DNA of 62,279 nucleotides from a virus. How positions within the stretch are numbered: position 1 is the first letter of the stretch; each line of letters begins with the position of its first letter. Below, in pieces: positions 45,857 through 56,058 of this stretch. Where the stretch lies: the IMG/VR virus record IMGVR_UViG_3300048774_000008, positions 1 through 62,279 of that record; one strand, given 5' to 3'. The notes under the pieces are model-generated. The model saw nothing but the letters and a program-made list of their open reading frames with translations, was not told the origin of the DNA and made no database searches. The position numbers and the translations under genes were made by a program.

Positions 45857-46858
45857 TTAAACTGGCTGATCGAAATCTATTCCTGGCTGATCCCAATCAA
45901 TATTCCCCTCATCCCATGAATGAGCGGTAAGAATGAATTGCGGAATGCACTGTAAAATATATTGTCTTGACAGGTCTTTTATTGCCGACTGGTTATAACT
46001 TATTTCATATTCGATTATTTTCTTTTGTGCAATAACGCCTACTTCAGTTTGAACTCTTTTTGCATCGCGCATAACGGGGGAGTTCATCATCCCGATCAAT
46101 CCTGTATTTATAGAAAATTGATTGACGTAATCCTGAAAATCCAATGCGTCTGAATTTCTCACGCCGTATAGCGTAATCCGCACCCTATCCTTGCATAGCT
46201 GAAAATGTGATGCTTCAATGCCTATCGTCGGCGCTGCTGCCAATCCATCTGTATCCCCATCGCCAATATGCACAGACGCATAAGGAGGTTCCGCATCCTG
46301 CGGAATCAAAAATGACGGATAAATCTGAAATGTCGGCGCATCCAATCCAAATACTGAAGATTCCGGAAGAGTTAACCAAATAGGCAGGCTATTCGATACA
46401 ACCTGATCATCCAAATCAAGATCGTCTATATTGTCGATAATCTGTTCGGCCAATGCTGGATAAACAGCATCCCCTGAATAATGATAAAGATCGGCGCGCT
46501 TGTAAAAATTGTCCTGATTCGAGAATGCAAACTTTATATTTCCAACCTCGGCGATATACATCAAATTCGGAGCAACTTTGTTGAAATTCTCAATCGGCTG
46601 CTCAGCGGTAAAAGTCACGCGATTTATGCCGATTGTTTCATCTTCCCGCTGCTCCAATCGCTTTGCGATGTGCAATGATCCGATTGCTTCAATTGCTATT
46701 CCGGTATTAAGCCAGAATATCCAACCATCTGCCGGCAGGACTTGCCGTACATATTCGATAAATGTAACCGTCTGATTTTGTGATAAGACGTTGATGCCTT
46801 GCGCAAGGCCAGCAGCTAATTCTCCGTCTGCGTACTCACTTTCAAATACGCTGCTCAT
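45857..46858 (-). CDS. Hypothetical structural-module protein (333 aa)
   Basis: ORF in the head-tail joining region. Confidence 0.55.
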   Translation of the reverse strand: MSSVFESEYADGELAAGLAQGINVLSQNQTVTFIEYVRQVLPADGWIFWLNTGIAIEAIGSLHIAKRLEQREDETIGINRVTFTAEQPIENFNKVAPNLMYIAEVGNIKFAFSNQDNFYKRADLYHYSGDAVYPALAEQIIDNIDDLDLDDQVVSNSLPIWLTLPESSVFGLDAPTFQIYPSFLIPQDAEPPYASVHIGDGDTDGLAAAPTIGIEASHFQLCKDRVRITLYGVRNSDALDFQDYVNQFSINTGLIGMMNSPVMRDAKRVQTEVGVIAQKKIIEYEISYNQSAIKDLSRQYILQCIPQFILTAHSWDEGNIDWDQPGIDFDQPV

Positions 46859-47337
46859 TCAATCCACGCGGTCATTGATTTTTGATAATCTCCGGTATCA
46901 ATAAACGAAGGACGCCGTGGCCCTTTATTTAATTTAAACCGTTTGCTAACGCCATCTAATGCGGCCTGAGTGGGAACTCCGTCAGCGCCTGTCTGCGTAA
47001 TTTCCTCTTTATCCAAATACTGAAATTTGAATAACTGCTCGATTGAATTTGTCGCATCGCCGAATGCGTTATTGCTTGCTGGAGCGCCTTGCATCATGCT
47101 TTCAATCGCCCCGGCCAATGAATTTTCAAGCATTCCAGCAATCTCACGTTGATGGAGATCATAAAATCCTTCCATCACATGATATTTATCTTCCAGCCAT
47201 CCAGCCACATCACCAGTCGTTTGCTGGCCAGTCGCAATTTTTACAGGCTTATTTTTCCTACCTTTTTTGGGAATCGGTACTTTATTGTTTTCTGTGCGCT
47301 GATACGATATATCGTACACGCCAAACACTAATTTCAC
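46855..47337 (-). CDS. Hypothetical structural-module protein (160 aa)
   Basis: ATGA-coupled ORF. Confidence 0.55.
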   Translation of the reverse strand: MKLVFGVYDISYQRTENNKVPIPKKGRKNKPVKIATGQQTTGDVAGWLEDKYHVMEGFYDLHQREIAGMLENSLAGAIESMMQGAPASNNAFGDATNSIEQLFKFQYLDKEEITQTGADGVPTQAALDGVSKRFKLNKGPRRPSFIDTGDYQKSMTAWIE

Positions 47338-48032
47338 GATAAACCCCAGATCGTTCCATATTGACCGGCTATCTGCAAATAACGCCGACCGAAAGGGGTT
47401 TTAAGTTGTTGCAAATTAGCCAGTGTCAATCCCTTCAATTGCTCGGGAACATTCAATGATTCAGATGTCGCAACATCTTCACTCGATTCTATTGTGCCGC
47501 CGACAAATGAATTTATCCCAAACTGCTTGCGAGCCACGGAAAAGAATATTTCCGATGCCTTCCCACCTCCAACATAAGCCCCTGGATTGCTCGTAATAGG
47601 ATAGGTAAATGTGTTTGCTCCAGTTACCGCGATTTGAACCGGTTGCGGGCTTCCTGCTGGGCCTGCTTGACTGTTATATGTCTGCGGATTGATTCCGGAC
47701 ATCATAATCATGTCGCCCGTTGCAAAACTGAAATCTGCCGCAGTGGTAACAGTTGCAACGCCAGAAGACCATGTAATTCCGCTAATCATTACATTTTGAT
47801 CATTGGCGAAATTGATTAAATTGTCGCCGGCTAGGTTATATACAGCCAAGTCATACAAACTCGGCCCTTCGTATGTTTGCGATGGTACGCATACTTTTTT
47901 GATTGCCGGATTAACGATGTCCTGCGCTATTGCAAGCGCCATAGGAATAACGGGAGAATCAATAGGCAATGCGCTCACCGGTATCTGCATTTGATACATT
48001 ATGAAGTCCAGAAAACCGGCGAGCGTAACCAT
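47334..48032 (-). CDS. Hypothetical structural-module protein (232 aa)
   Basis: ATGA-coupled ORF. Confidence 0.55.
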   Translation of the reverse strand: MVTLAGFLDFIMYQMQIPVSALPIDSPVIPMALAIAQDIVNPAIKKVCVPSQTYEGPSLYDLAVYNLAGDNLINFANDQNVMISGITWSSGVATVTTAADFSFATGDMIMMSGINPQTYNSQAGPAGSPQPVQIAVTGANTFTYPITSNPGAYVGGGKASEIFFSVARKQFGINSFVGGTIESSEDVATSESLNVPEQLKGLTLANLQQLKTPFGRRYLQIAGQYGTIWGLS

Positions 48033-48034
48033 GC

Positions 48035-48541
48035 CTATCCTTCCTTGCGTGGACGGCCACGACTGCGCGATGCTGGATTTTCAACGGTGATTGTTTCGTT
48101 GACTTGCGTATCGACGCCTTTTTGTGCCTGTTCAACAATGCCGACTTCAAAGTTCTGAAGCGTTGCGTCTGAATTTTGCGCCGATCTATTCAGAATATCG
48201 TCCATCGCAAGTGTGGCGATTTTTCGATGCTCCTGCGAGGCGTGCGCCATTACCTCATCATTATGATCGAATGTCGTTTGCAGGCGATCCAACGTAATCG
48301 GCTTATCGTACTGATAGCATAGGCCGACAAATTCCTTGCTGCGATCGATCTCGCTAACTGGAATTAAGCCATAAATCTTATGCTGGTCTACAATATATTC
48401 GTGATCTTGACGAGTGCCTTTCTCGAATACGGATTCCTGTCCACCATGACGAATAACGGTAGTGAAATACTTCTTATTTTCACCAACCCAATAATTAAAC
48501 TCGAATGTTTGCTTCGAGCAATTTCCAATATATAAAGCCAT
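48035..48541 (-). CDS. Hypothetical structural-module protein (168 aa)
   Basis: ORF downstream of the capsid gene with a basic C-terminus. Confidence 0.55.
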   Translation of the reverse strand: MALYIGNCSKQTFEFNYWVGENKKYFTTVIRHGGQESVFEKGTRQDHEYIVDQHKIYGLIPVSEIDRSKEFVGLCYQYDKPITLDRLQTTFDHNDEVMAHASQEHRKIATLAMDDILNRSAQNSDATLQNFEVGIVEQAQKGVDTQVNETITVENPASRSRGRPRKEG

Positions 48542-48663
48542 TTGATTCCCTTTTCAAAATCCCTGAAAGGAGGGCGAGAAAACGAGCAGGGAAACTCGCT
48601 TATCAGCCGCGCTGGCCTATTCTCGCCGCAAGTGTTACAACAACGTGAAGATTAACGTGAAGA

Positions 48664-49683
48664 TTAGAAGCTGGCACTGATTACCGTCAGAACTTCAGGA
48701 CGGACAGACCAGCCCGGAGTAGTGCGCAACTCAGATACCACGTCAACAGCACCGGCAGGTAATGGCGCAACAATTTCACGGGGAGCGGCCATATCCATAT
48801 ACATCAAGTTGCACGCATCGAGACCTGGAGTCAGTTTTGCGAACTCATTGGTATTGATGCCTTCCATCGACGGCTTCTTGATTTCTGGAATGGTGATGAT
48901 AATGACATCTGTACCGCCTACTCCCTTCCCGATCAGTGTATCGTCGGCTCCCCATGTGATATCGTCATCGTTCCATCCCAGCACATCATCGACAAGACCG
49001 CGCGTCGATTTAGATCCAGCGCCTTCGCGTTGAAATTGCGTCAGTTGCACAATGCCCTGATAGCTTATTTGCGCAAGAATACGCTGCGTAGTCAACACGG
49101 AGATTTTCGCCGACATACCGATTTGCATCGTGCGAACCTTGATTGCGCTGATTTGCTGCAACAAGAAAAAGGCAAGCTGGCCGTTATCGTATGTGCTGAT
49201 GGTCGTATTGCCGTTCGAGTCGGCCGGCAAGCTTGTTGCTGTTGCGCCATTGGTATTCAACAGGCCTTCGCCGCCGATAGGATTAAATCCGTAAAGCAAT
49301 CCATTCCGTAGTTGCTGGAAAATGCCTTGACGCATTGCCAAGCGCTGACCTTCGACAATCGATGCCCCGGTACGCCCGAAAGCAGCAGTATCGTGATGAT
49401 CATATTCAGCGCGGGTGCGGATCAGATACGTCGGTGTGCTGATTTCATTGTATGTGATCGTGCAGGACGGCAGACTGTTGTACGCGGCCTGCCCGACCGA
49501 TACCTCGGAGCGGACATCGTAGCGCTTGATGTAGACAGCCAAATCTTCAGCGCCCAATCGCACTTGCGGTTTGCCATCGTATAAAGTTTCGAATGCGCCG
49601 GAAGCCTGCTGATATTGCAGCAGGATTTCTGGAACAACGTAGTTCGGGTGAACACGTAATACAGTGGGCATAACGTTAGCCAT
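48664..49683 (-). CDS. Major capsid protein (DUF2184-like, HK97-fold family)
   Basis: 339 aa. Position after the scaffold gene. The N-terminal pattern ..LQYQQASGAFE.L....P.V.L...DL.VYIK is reminiscent of DUF2184 capsid proteins. Confidence 0.65.
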   Translation of the reverse strand: MANVMPTVLRVHPNYVVPEILLQYQQASGAFETLYDGKPQVRLGAEDLAVYIKRYDVRSEVSVGQAAYNSLPSCTITYNEISTPTYLIRTRAEYDHHDTAAFGRTGASIVEGQRLAMRQGIFQQLRNGLLYGFNPIGGEGLLNTNGATATSLPADSNGNTTISTYDNGQLAFFLLQQISAIKVRTMQIGMSAKISVLTTQRILAQISYQGIVQLTQFQREGAGSKSTRGLVDDVLGWNDDDITWGADDTLIGKGVGGTDVIIITIPEIKKPSMEGINTNEFAKLTPGLDACNLMYMDMAAPREIVAPLPAGAVDVVSELRTTPGWSVRPEVLTVISASF

Positions 49684-49693
49684 GATTTTTCCT

Positions 49694-50581
49694 TTAGATT
49701 AAAATGATGGCCGCCGAACCGGTGCCGTTATAACCAACCGCGCCCGTAACGGCGTTGTAAGTCACGATTTTTGAATTGCCGATGTTGAAGTTTATGACAC
49801 GCACGTTCAATGCGCCAGTGCCGGCATTCAATACCAAAGTACCAGTCAGTGCGCCAGTTGCGATTGCGGCGGATGCTGCTGCCACTTGGAATGAGAAGTG
49901 CTGATTATCGATAAATGACGTTACGACCTGATCGCCATTGACCAATGCAGCGCCGGTACCTGTTACGCCGCCGATATTGATGTTATCGCCAACCGCGCCG
50001 ACCAAAGTAGCGACTGCAGCCACAACGGCAAAGGTGTAAAGGCCAGTGCTGGCTGAATAACTGGATGTGATCGATGTCAGCGAATAGGTTGCCGTCGATG
50101 CATCGTAGGGCTGCAAGCATTGATTGTTGATATCCCACGATACCGGTTGAGTGACGATATTTCCGCCAAGAGATGCGAGCGAATTATCCATTGCAACCGC
50201 AATGCGTGCGCCAGAGCCGAGACGAAAGAATGGGATGCCCATTCCAAGACCAGCAGACGGCGCTGGAGATTGCGGAGTGATAATCCAGTTGTATGCCTGA
50301 TTGAATACCGAAAACCCGGTAATATTCGCATTGCTGGTCGCGCGCCCGATAGTGCCGCCGGTTGTGCCGTCAGTCGTCGAGCCTGGAATGTACTCGCTAA
50401 TTGCTACGCCTCCCCACATTGGGTATGTTTCGATCGATGCTAATGTGCCGCCAGCCAATGAATTGCGAATTGCCGGATCATCGAGCATGGTTCCTTGGAC
50501 GTAGCCTTCCGACTGAACTGAAAAGCTGCCTGCCGCATTGCTGGTCGCAAACGGGTAAAACGGTGGATTTTGAAATGCCAT
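49694..50581 (-). CDS. Head-associated structural protein (possible decoration/second capsid protein)
   Basis: 295 aa, Gly/Ala/Thr-rich, between the scaffold and capsid genes. Confidence 0.4.
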   Translation of the reverse strand: MAFQNPPFYPFATSNAAGSFSVQSEGYVQGTMLDDPAIRNSLAGGTLASIETYPMWGGVAISEYIPGSTTDGTTGGTIGRATSNANITGFSVFNQAYNWIITPQSPAPSAGLGMGIPFFRLGSGARIAVAMDNSLASLGGNIVTQPVSWDINNQCLQPYDASTATYSLTSITSSYSASTGLYTFAVVAAVATLVGAVGDNINIGGVTGTGAALVNGDQVVTSFIDNQHFSFQVAAASAAIATGALTGTLVLNAGTGALNVRVINFNIGNSKIVTYNAVTGAVGYNGTGSAAIILI

Positions 50582-50598
50582 GATTAGCTCCTGTTAGG

Positions 50599-52464
50599 TT
50601 AGGATTTTTTCTGAACAATACGGCCTTGCAACCGTGGCGTCTTATAGTGCTGCATCCATGCATCTGGATCACCGTAGAACTCACTGACCTCATGGCCGCC
50701 GCGCTGACGTTTTGCAACTTCGCGCAATGTTCCAGCAGCAAGACCAACTGGATGTATCGCCGCATCGGATGCATCGGCATATATTTTTGCTTCAGCGATA
50801 TCGAATACCGGAGCAGGAAGGGAAGCGAGATTGATGCCCTTCCATTGGCTGGAGTGATCGCTCATCTTGCCAGCCAGGCGGACGCGATAAGCCATCAGGG
50901 TTTCGCCATTTAACCGACGCGGGGCTGAATCACCATGCGCCGAATAAACACTGTCGGCGCGCGCTTGTGCATCGGCGATTTTCGCGTAATCTGCATCAGA
51001 TACGTTCTGACCGGCGATGTTGGCCTCCAGGTCAGCGATGCGCTTACGTGTTTCCTCTGCATCGGCGCGAGTCTTTTCTTCCTTTTCCTTCTCTTCGGAA
51101 TCGGCCTTGGCCTTTGCTTCAGCGGACCTATTTTCCACTTCTTCGGAATCGGCTTTCTTTTTATCAGCCGCCGTCAAAGTCGGCGCCGGCATATCCTTTT
51201 CGATAGCATCCATGCGCTTGGTCAGTCCACCGATTGAATCCATTAATGCATCCCAACGTTTTGTTTCTGCATCGGCTTTGACCTTTGCCTCCTCGGCATC
51301 AGCCTTTACTTTCGCCTCGGACAGTTCTTTTTCCTGCGCTTCAGCATCAGCTTTAGCTTTAGCCTTGAGTTCTGCTTCGTTCATAATTTCCTCTTGAAGT
51401 TGATTAGTTGACACGCCAGATGGCGGACCACCTTTATCCCACACGCCCGCAATGCAAATAGCAATGTGGTCGAGTAGGCTTGGCTTGCCCTCGATTAGGA
51501 GGACTGTACCATCATCCAGCGTGACAGTGCTGTTTGCTGCTGGATCCTTAAATACAACAGTCGGAGATGTCGATAGCTGATATTTCGCCATGATCTCCGC
51601 TGCCGTAGCATCGTACACTTTTGCAATCCCCCATACTTCGTTTCCTTGAAGATATGGCAGGAAAATAGAACCGATTGTGCGGTCCGTAAATTCTTCGCTG
51701 GTTAGTGATGCGCCTTTGGGATGTTCGGATATGACCTGAAGCCCATTGCATCGCGCCAGAAATTCATCGTTGAGACAATTTTCTGGATTGCGGAAAACAA
51801 ACTCTTTGTGTTCCGATCGGTACGAAACACCGGTTCCAGTAATCCGAATGGCGAATAATGAAACATTCATGTACCGCTGTGGACTAGAGATATATCCATT
51901 CGACATTGCGCGAGCTATATCCAGCTCGTTCATTTTTCGTATATCAATCATGTCCAATGCTGCACTATCCAGAATCAACTTCACTCCTGGATGTAATGGC
52001 TCTGGATATTTTCCGGATTCAAACCATCCTGCCTCGGTATGCTCATCAGACAAAACCGGTTCAAACTCCTGCGCACTCTTGCCAAATGTCGTAAAGTTAA
52101 TATCGCCATTTGCCGTATATGCGATGTTCTGGATGTTGCCTGGTACTTGGTATCCGGTCTCTTCCAATGTCTCGCGTAGGGCCGTTTGCTCTGTGCCCTC
52201 GCCCATTTCCGCATGGCCGCCAGGGAAGCACCAATGACCAGGATAATCGCCGCCGTCGCCACGCTTCAGTAATAACACCTTGCCATTCGACATTAGGGCG
52301 ATGCCGGCGGCGTCTTTGGGAGTGGGCATATCTGAATCAGCGCGGCTCTTCCCTGCATTCTTGTAAGCGATAGCCTCTGCTTGTTTCGGCTCATGCCCGG
52401 CTTTGATTAGCTCTGCTATGTTCACAGAAATTACGGCTTGCGACGTTCCGGCTTCGAGTGGCAT
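50599..52464 (-). CDS. NUDIX hydrolase fused to a DUF2213-like prohead scaffold/protease protein
   Basis: Nudix box GGHAEMGEGTEQTALRETLEETGY at residues ~82-105. The middle part is DUF2213-like (..GLQVISEHPKG...FLPYLQGNEVWGIAKVYD). The C-terminal K/A/E/D coiled coil is typical of scaffolds. Confidence 0.65.
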   Translation of the reverse strand: MPLEAGTSQAVISVNIAELIKAGHEPKQAEAIAYKNAGKSRADSDMPTPKDAAGIALMSNGKVLLLKRGDGGDYPGHWCFPGGHAEMGEGTEQTALRETLEETGYQVPGNIQNIAYTANGDINFTTFGKSAQEFEPVLSDEHTEAGWFESGKYPEPLHPGVKLILDSAALDMIDIRKMNELDIARAMSNGYISSPQRYMNVSLFAIRITGTGVSYRSEHKEFVFRNPENCLNDEFLARCNGLQVISEHPKGASLTSEEFTDRTIGSIFLPYLQGNEVWGIAKVYDATAAEIMAKYQLSTSPTVVFKDPAANSTVTLDDGTVLLIEGKPSLLDHIAICIAGVWDKGGPPSGVSTNQLQEEIMNEAELKAKAKADAEAQEKELSEAKVKADAEEAKVKADAETKRWDALMDSIGGLTKRMDAIEKDMPAPTLTAADKKKADSEEVENRSAEAKAKADSEEKEKEEKTRADAEETRKRIADLEANIAGQNVSDADYAKIADAQARADSVYSAHGDSAPRRLNGETLMAYRVRLAGKMSDHSSQWKGINLASLPAPVFDIAEAKIYADASDAAIHPVGLAAGTLREVAKRQRGGHEVSEFYGDPDAWMQHYKTPRLQGRIVQKKS

Positions 52465-52522
52465 TTATTTTTGTCCAATAAAAAAGCCGCTCGAAAGTGG
52501 CTTGATGTACGGTTTTGTTAGG

Positions 52523-53332
52523 TTAATTTATTCTTGTTTCTGCCAGCGCGTTTGCGCCTTTGACCGTCAGCATGTCGGATGGTAAATTCCGCAGCGCGTA
52601 TATGAACCTGATTGAACACCGACAAAATATTTCTTCTCCTGGTGCCGTCATTTCATCGGTATAGCCTGCGCCTTTGTTCATCAACCCCTTATCAATTGCC
52701 CAATTCCCGCGAATTGCGTAATATTTCCCATCGCGTTCCTTATGTTTGACCCGAGCGTTATACCCGCTTTGCCGAAAATGAGAATGCCATTCTCCAGCTA
52801 TCGCCCCGCCATCAACCGCGATAATTTCATTTAATGATGAAACTAATTTGTGACTTTGATCAATGAGCGTTCGGCGCACTTCATACGGTTGCGCTGAAAA
52901 CGATTTCTTTATATTAGCTTTAACCGCCATCATATCGACTGCGCGACTTCCGCCGACAGGTATCGATGATGCCCACCCGCTAAACCGCTGCGCAGTCTGC
53001 ATAATCATCTGATCACGGTTCAATTTGATAAGTTGTGCGCTTGCCATAATTCGGCGATCCAATTCGCTGCGCAATCTTGGCGATAACCGTTCGACCGTGA
53101 ATCGCGCCATCCCTTTGTGATACCGCAGGATCCCGCCGCGCACAATCATTTTCGTGTATATGCCGGTGAGAAACTTACTCAATTCGAATTGCAGCGCGTG
53201 TTCTGGAATCAGTGAATCATGAGCGGCCTGCTTTATTGATTCTATCCATTTATCCACGCGCTGCTGACTATCGAAACCATGTGATGCGATATCCTTGACG
53301 GCGGCAGTTAAAGTTTCATGGAAATTTTCCAC
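52523..53332 (-). CDS. Head morphogenesis protein (Mu F / SPP1 gp7-like)
   Basis: Position after the portal gene. C-terminal ...PGEEIFCRCS motif. Confidence 0.6.
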   Translation of the reverse strand: MENFHETLTAAVKDIASHGFDSQQRVDKWIESIKQAAHDSLIPEHALQFELSKFLTGIYTKMIVRGGILRYHKGMARFTVERLSPRLRSELDRRIMASAQLIKLNRDQMIMQTAQRFSGWASSIPVGGSRAVDMMAVKANIKKSFSAQPYEVRRTLIDQSHKLVSSLNEIIAVDGGAIAGEWHSHFRQSGYNARVKHKERDGKYYAIRGNWAIDKGLMNKGAGYTDEMTAPGEEIFCRCSIRFIYALRNLPSDMLTVKGANALAETRIN

Positions 53333-53335
53333 AAT

Positions 53336-54775
53336 CTACCGTAGTCTCCGAGCCGTCGCCCGAACTGAATCAGCAAATGGTCGCGGCTCTGCCGGTTCCT
53401 GCATCGGTTCTGGTGGAACGTAATCGCGCAACGAATCAAAATCCAATACTAGCGGGTGATTAAACAAACTTTCGCGCTCACTGATATTGGATTCAAACCA
53501 CTGATATAAATTGATCTTGTTATCCGGATCAAGTTGTGGAAGTAATACTTGAACAATCGCGATAGCCGCCTTGAGCTTGACATCATCTTGCCTGGATTTC
53601 TCGCTTTCCGGCTCTTCGATTAGATTCGGCCATGATGCCTTAAACGCATTCTTCCAATCGTAAAATGCTTGTGTATATCCGATATCCTTGAAGGCCGGGA
53701 ATTCATTTTGCACGGTCTTGTAAAACTCCTGATTCCAAGCTCTATGCATAACGATAGGATCAAAAAAATCGTACAACGGCTGCATTTCAATCCGAATGCC
53801 ATTGATATATCGGACAATATCCTTTGCATCCTCCGTGCCTTCACCAAAACCCTCAGCGAAGCTTTCTGAATTCAGCAATTTGGCCGGCATTTTCGATGCT
53901 GCGGCAATGTTTTCCAGAATATTCTTTCTTGCTACCTTCATCGCTGTATCGGTATTCTGCATGTTGAGAGTTTCAATATCCTCATCAACACCGATGCCGA
54001 TCACATTCGTTGTTTTTGCCTCTTTCAGCAAATTCCGTTTTATTCCCTGGAATATCTGCATTGTACGGTCAACTACAGATCCGGATTGCTTCATTTTAGC
54101 GACCAGCACACCCGCTTTTTTCGTCACAAGATCATCCGTGATCATCGATTGAACGAACGATTTCAGTGGATACAATGCGCGCTGATAGACCGACCGACCT
54201 ACAAATCCAAATGCTGAATTTGTATATGCAATATAAATCGGATTCTCGTTCATTATCGTGCATGAACGGGTCCGATGATATTGTTGACCCGCTACTGTGA
54301 TCGATTCTTGTTTCTGAAAATCTGGGGAATTTGGGTCTTGATTCAGCACCAGACTGCCGGCAGTATTCAGCGGGTCAAGATCGTTGAAGTAGATCTTTAG
54401 ATCGGCCAAATCTTTTGGGGCAATCGGTTTATCTGTCGGAACTCCCACCGCGCCGTAAATGATTGATGCCACGCCGTAAATACGGCTCATTACCTTTATA
54501 TTGCCGATATGCTTATCGACCTGTAGATCATTCCACTCGCGCCAGAATGCATCGATAATCATCTTTTCCGGCGATCCTGGCACGGTAATTTCGCGGCGCT
54601 GACTCATTGCCATCGATACAGGCAATTCTGCCATTTTTGCACCAAGCGGATGAAATAAATATATCTGCTTTGCGGCCTGATAGCTCATTTCATCGCCAGG
54701 CCGCATATCATCTGCCATTAATAACTCAGACAGGGCGTTTCCCACGCATGAGCCATTTAATGATATTTCAGACAT
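53336..54775 (-). CDS. Portal protein (DUF1073-like)
   Basis: 479 aa, immediately downstream of TerL. Confidence 0.7.
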   Translation of the reverse strand: MSEISLNGSCVGNALSELLMADDMRPGDEMSYQAAKQIYLFHPLGAKMAELPVSMAMSQRREITVPGSPEKMIIDAFWREWNDLQVDKHIGNIKVMSRIYGVASIIYGAVGVPTDKPIAPKDLADLKIYFNDLDPLNTAGSLVLNQDPNSPDFQKQESITVAGQQYHRTRSCTIMNENPIYIAYTNSAFGFVGRSVYQRALYPLKSFVQSMITDDLVTKKAGVLVAKMKQSGSVVDRTMQIFQGIKRNLLKEAKTTNVIGIGVDEDIETLNMQNTDTAMKVARKNILENIAAASKMPAKLLNSESFAEGFGEGTEDAKDIVRYINGIRIEMQPLYDFFDPIVMHRAWNQEFYKTVQNEFPAFKDIGYTQAFYDWKNAFKASWPNLIEEPESEKSRQDDVKLKAAIAIVQVLLPQLDPDNKINLYQWFESNISERESLFNHPLVLDFDSLRDYVPPEPMQEPAEPRPFADSVRATARRLR

Positions 54776-54777
54776 TT

Positions 54778-56058
54778 TTAGAATCCATCAGGGCCATTTA
54801 ATCCAATAATTATGGAATACGTAAAACAGTCACTTAAATCGTCAGCGCGCTTTGCCGCGTCCTTGTCGCCAATTCGATAACCAGTAACTTGCGAAAGCAT
54901 ATGATTCCTGCTATGCCCTTTAAATTCCACCGTTTTTTCAAATGCCGGTTGACTGATTTTTACCTCACCACGATAAACGGGACCAGAAGCTCCGATCGCC
55001 CTTCCATCTTTACCGATTGCGGTGATATCGCCCTCTATCGCACGCGCCGGCCATCCCATGCGCAAAGAATGTTGATTGAGCGTGATTCCACTGCCCTTAT
55101 CCTCGATCCATGCGCCAGCAGAACCGAGTCGCGCCTTAGTCAATTTGGCGAAATACTCCAATTGAGTGAACACATTCGGCAACCATGTAATCAATAAATC
55201 AGAATTGATCTGAACAATATCCCAATCCAAAATAACCAATTTGTGCCCGTGATATTTGGAGATTGCACAGTAAATTACTGCCGTACCATCATTACCGGAT
55301 CCGTCTTTCATTGCAGAATCAATAACCGCAAACACATAATCACAACCAATTGGAATCTGTACGCCTTGCCCATTGATTGTTAAACTATCAATAGAGAAAA
55401 ACGCTACTCCAGACCAATCAACGAATTTTGCTAAATATTCTTGTTGGAAAACTAACGGGTGATTATTTAGTCGCTCTTTTTCCAATTCATCAGCAGGCAC
55501 ATACGGATTGCTGCTAGTCGGAGCATAAAATTCCGCGAATCCCAACTCTTTGTTATTGCAACAATTCCAGAAAAAATTTTCAGGATCCTCACCATTTGGC
55601 GTGCTGAATACCCATGCGATCCCGCGCGTCGTCAATAATGTCGGTTTAATGGATTTATTCCATATATCCAGCATTTGACCGTTTTTTGTAAATGCAGCCT
55701 CATCAATCAGGACGACATCATATTCACGTCCTCGGCCAGCCAGTGGGTTATCATCAAGTACCCAAAAATCTAATTTTGATTTTGTTTTGGGCCTCATCCT
55801 TCCGCGCGTACTGTTTATTGTCCCCTTGACTGGCTCAAGTATGTCGCGCAATTCATCGAATGGTTCCGCAAGTTGATCAGATCTTGGCGTGAATACCCCG
55901 ACATTTTCGCCGCGGGATGCAAAATTCGCTGCAATGGAAACCAATAATTTCGTTTTCCCCCATCGGCGACCACATCGTACTACATTAAGTCTTGTGCGAT
56001 TTGCAATTATTTCATCCTGACCAATATGCAAAACCGGCAATTCTAATGATGCCTTCAT
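54778..56058 (-). CDS. terL: Terminase large subunit
   Basis: Walker A CGRRWGKT, Walker B VVLIDEAAF, C-terminal nuclease-like acidic motifs. Confidence 0.85.
   Translation of the reverse strand: MKASLELPVLHIGQDEIIANRTRLNVVRCGRRWGKTKLLVSIAANFASRGENVGVFTPRSDQLAEPFDELRDILEPVKGTINSTRGRMRPKTKSKLDFWVLDDNPLAGRGREYDVVLIDEAAFTKNGQMLDIWNKSIKPTLLTTRGIAWVFSTPNGEDPENFFWNCCNNKELGFAEFYAPTSSNPYVPADELEKERLNNHPLVFQQEYLAKFVDWSGVAFFSIDSLTINGQGVQIPIGCDYVFAVIDSAMKDGSGNDGTAVIYCAISKYHGHKLVILDWDIVQINSDLLITWLPNVFTQLEYFAKLTKARLGSAGAWIEDKGSGITLNQHSLRMGWPARAIEGDITAIGKDGRAIGASGPVYRGEVKISQPAFEKTVEFKGHSRNHMLSQVTGYRIGDKDAAKRADDLSDCFTYSIIIGLNGPDGF

Noticed and set aside
48542-48663. Hairpin (GGCGAGAA..TTCTCGCC on the minus strand) and a tandem ACGTGAAGATTA duplication just downstream of the capsid gene.
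   Set aside because: A stem-loop after the major capsid gene is a common stabiliser/attenuator. It lacks a T-run and is too small for any further claim.
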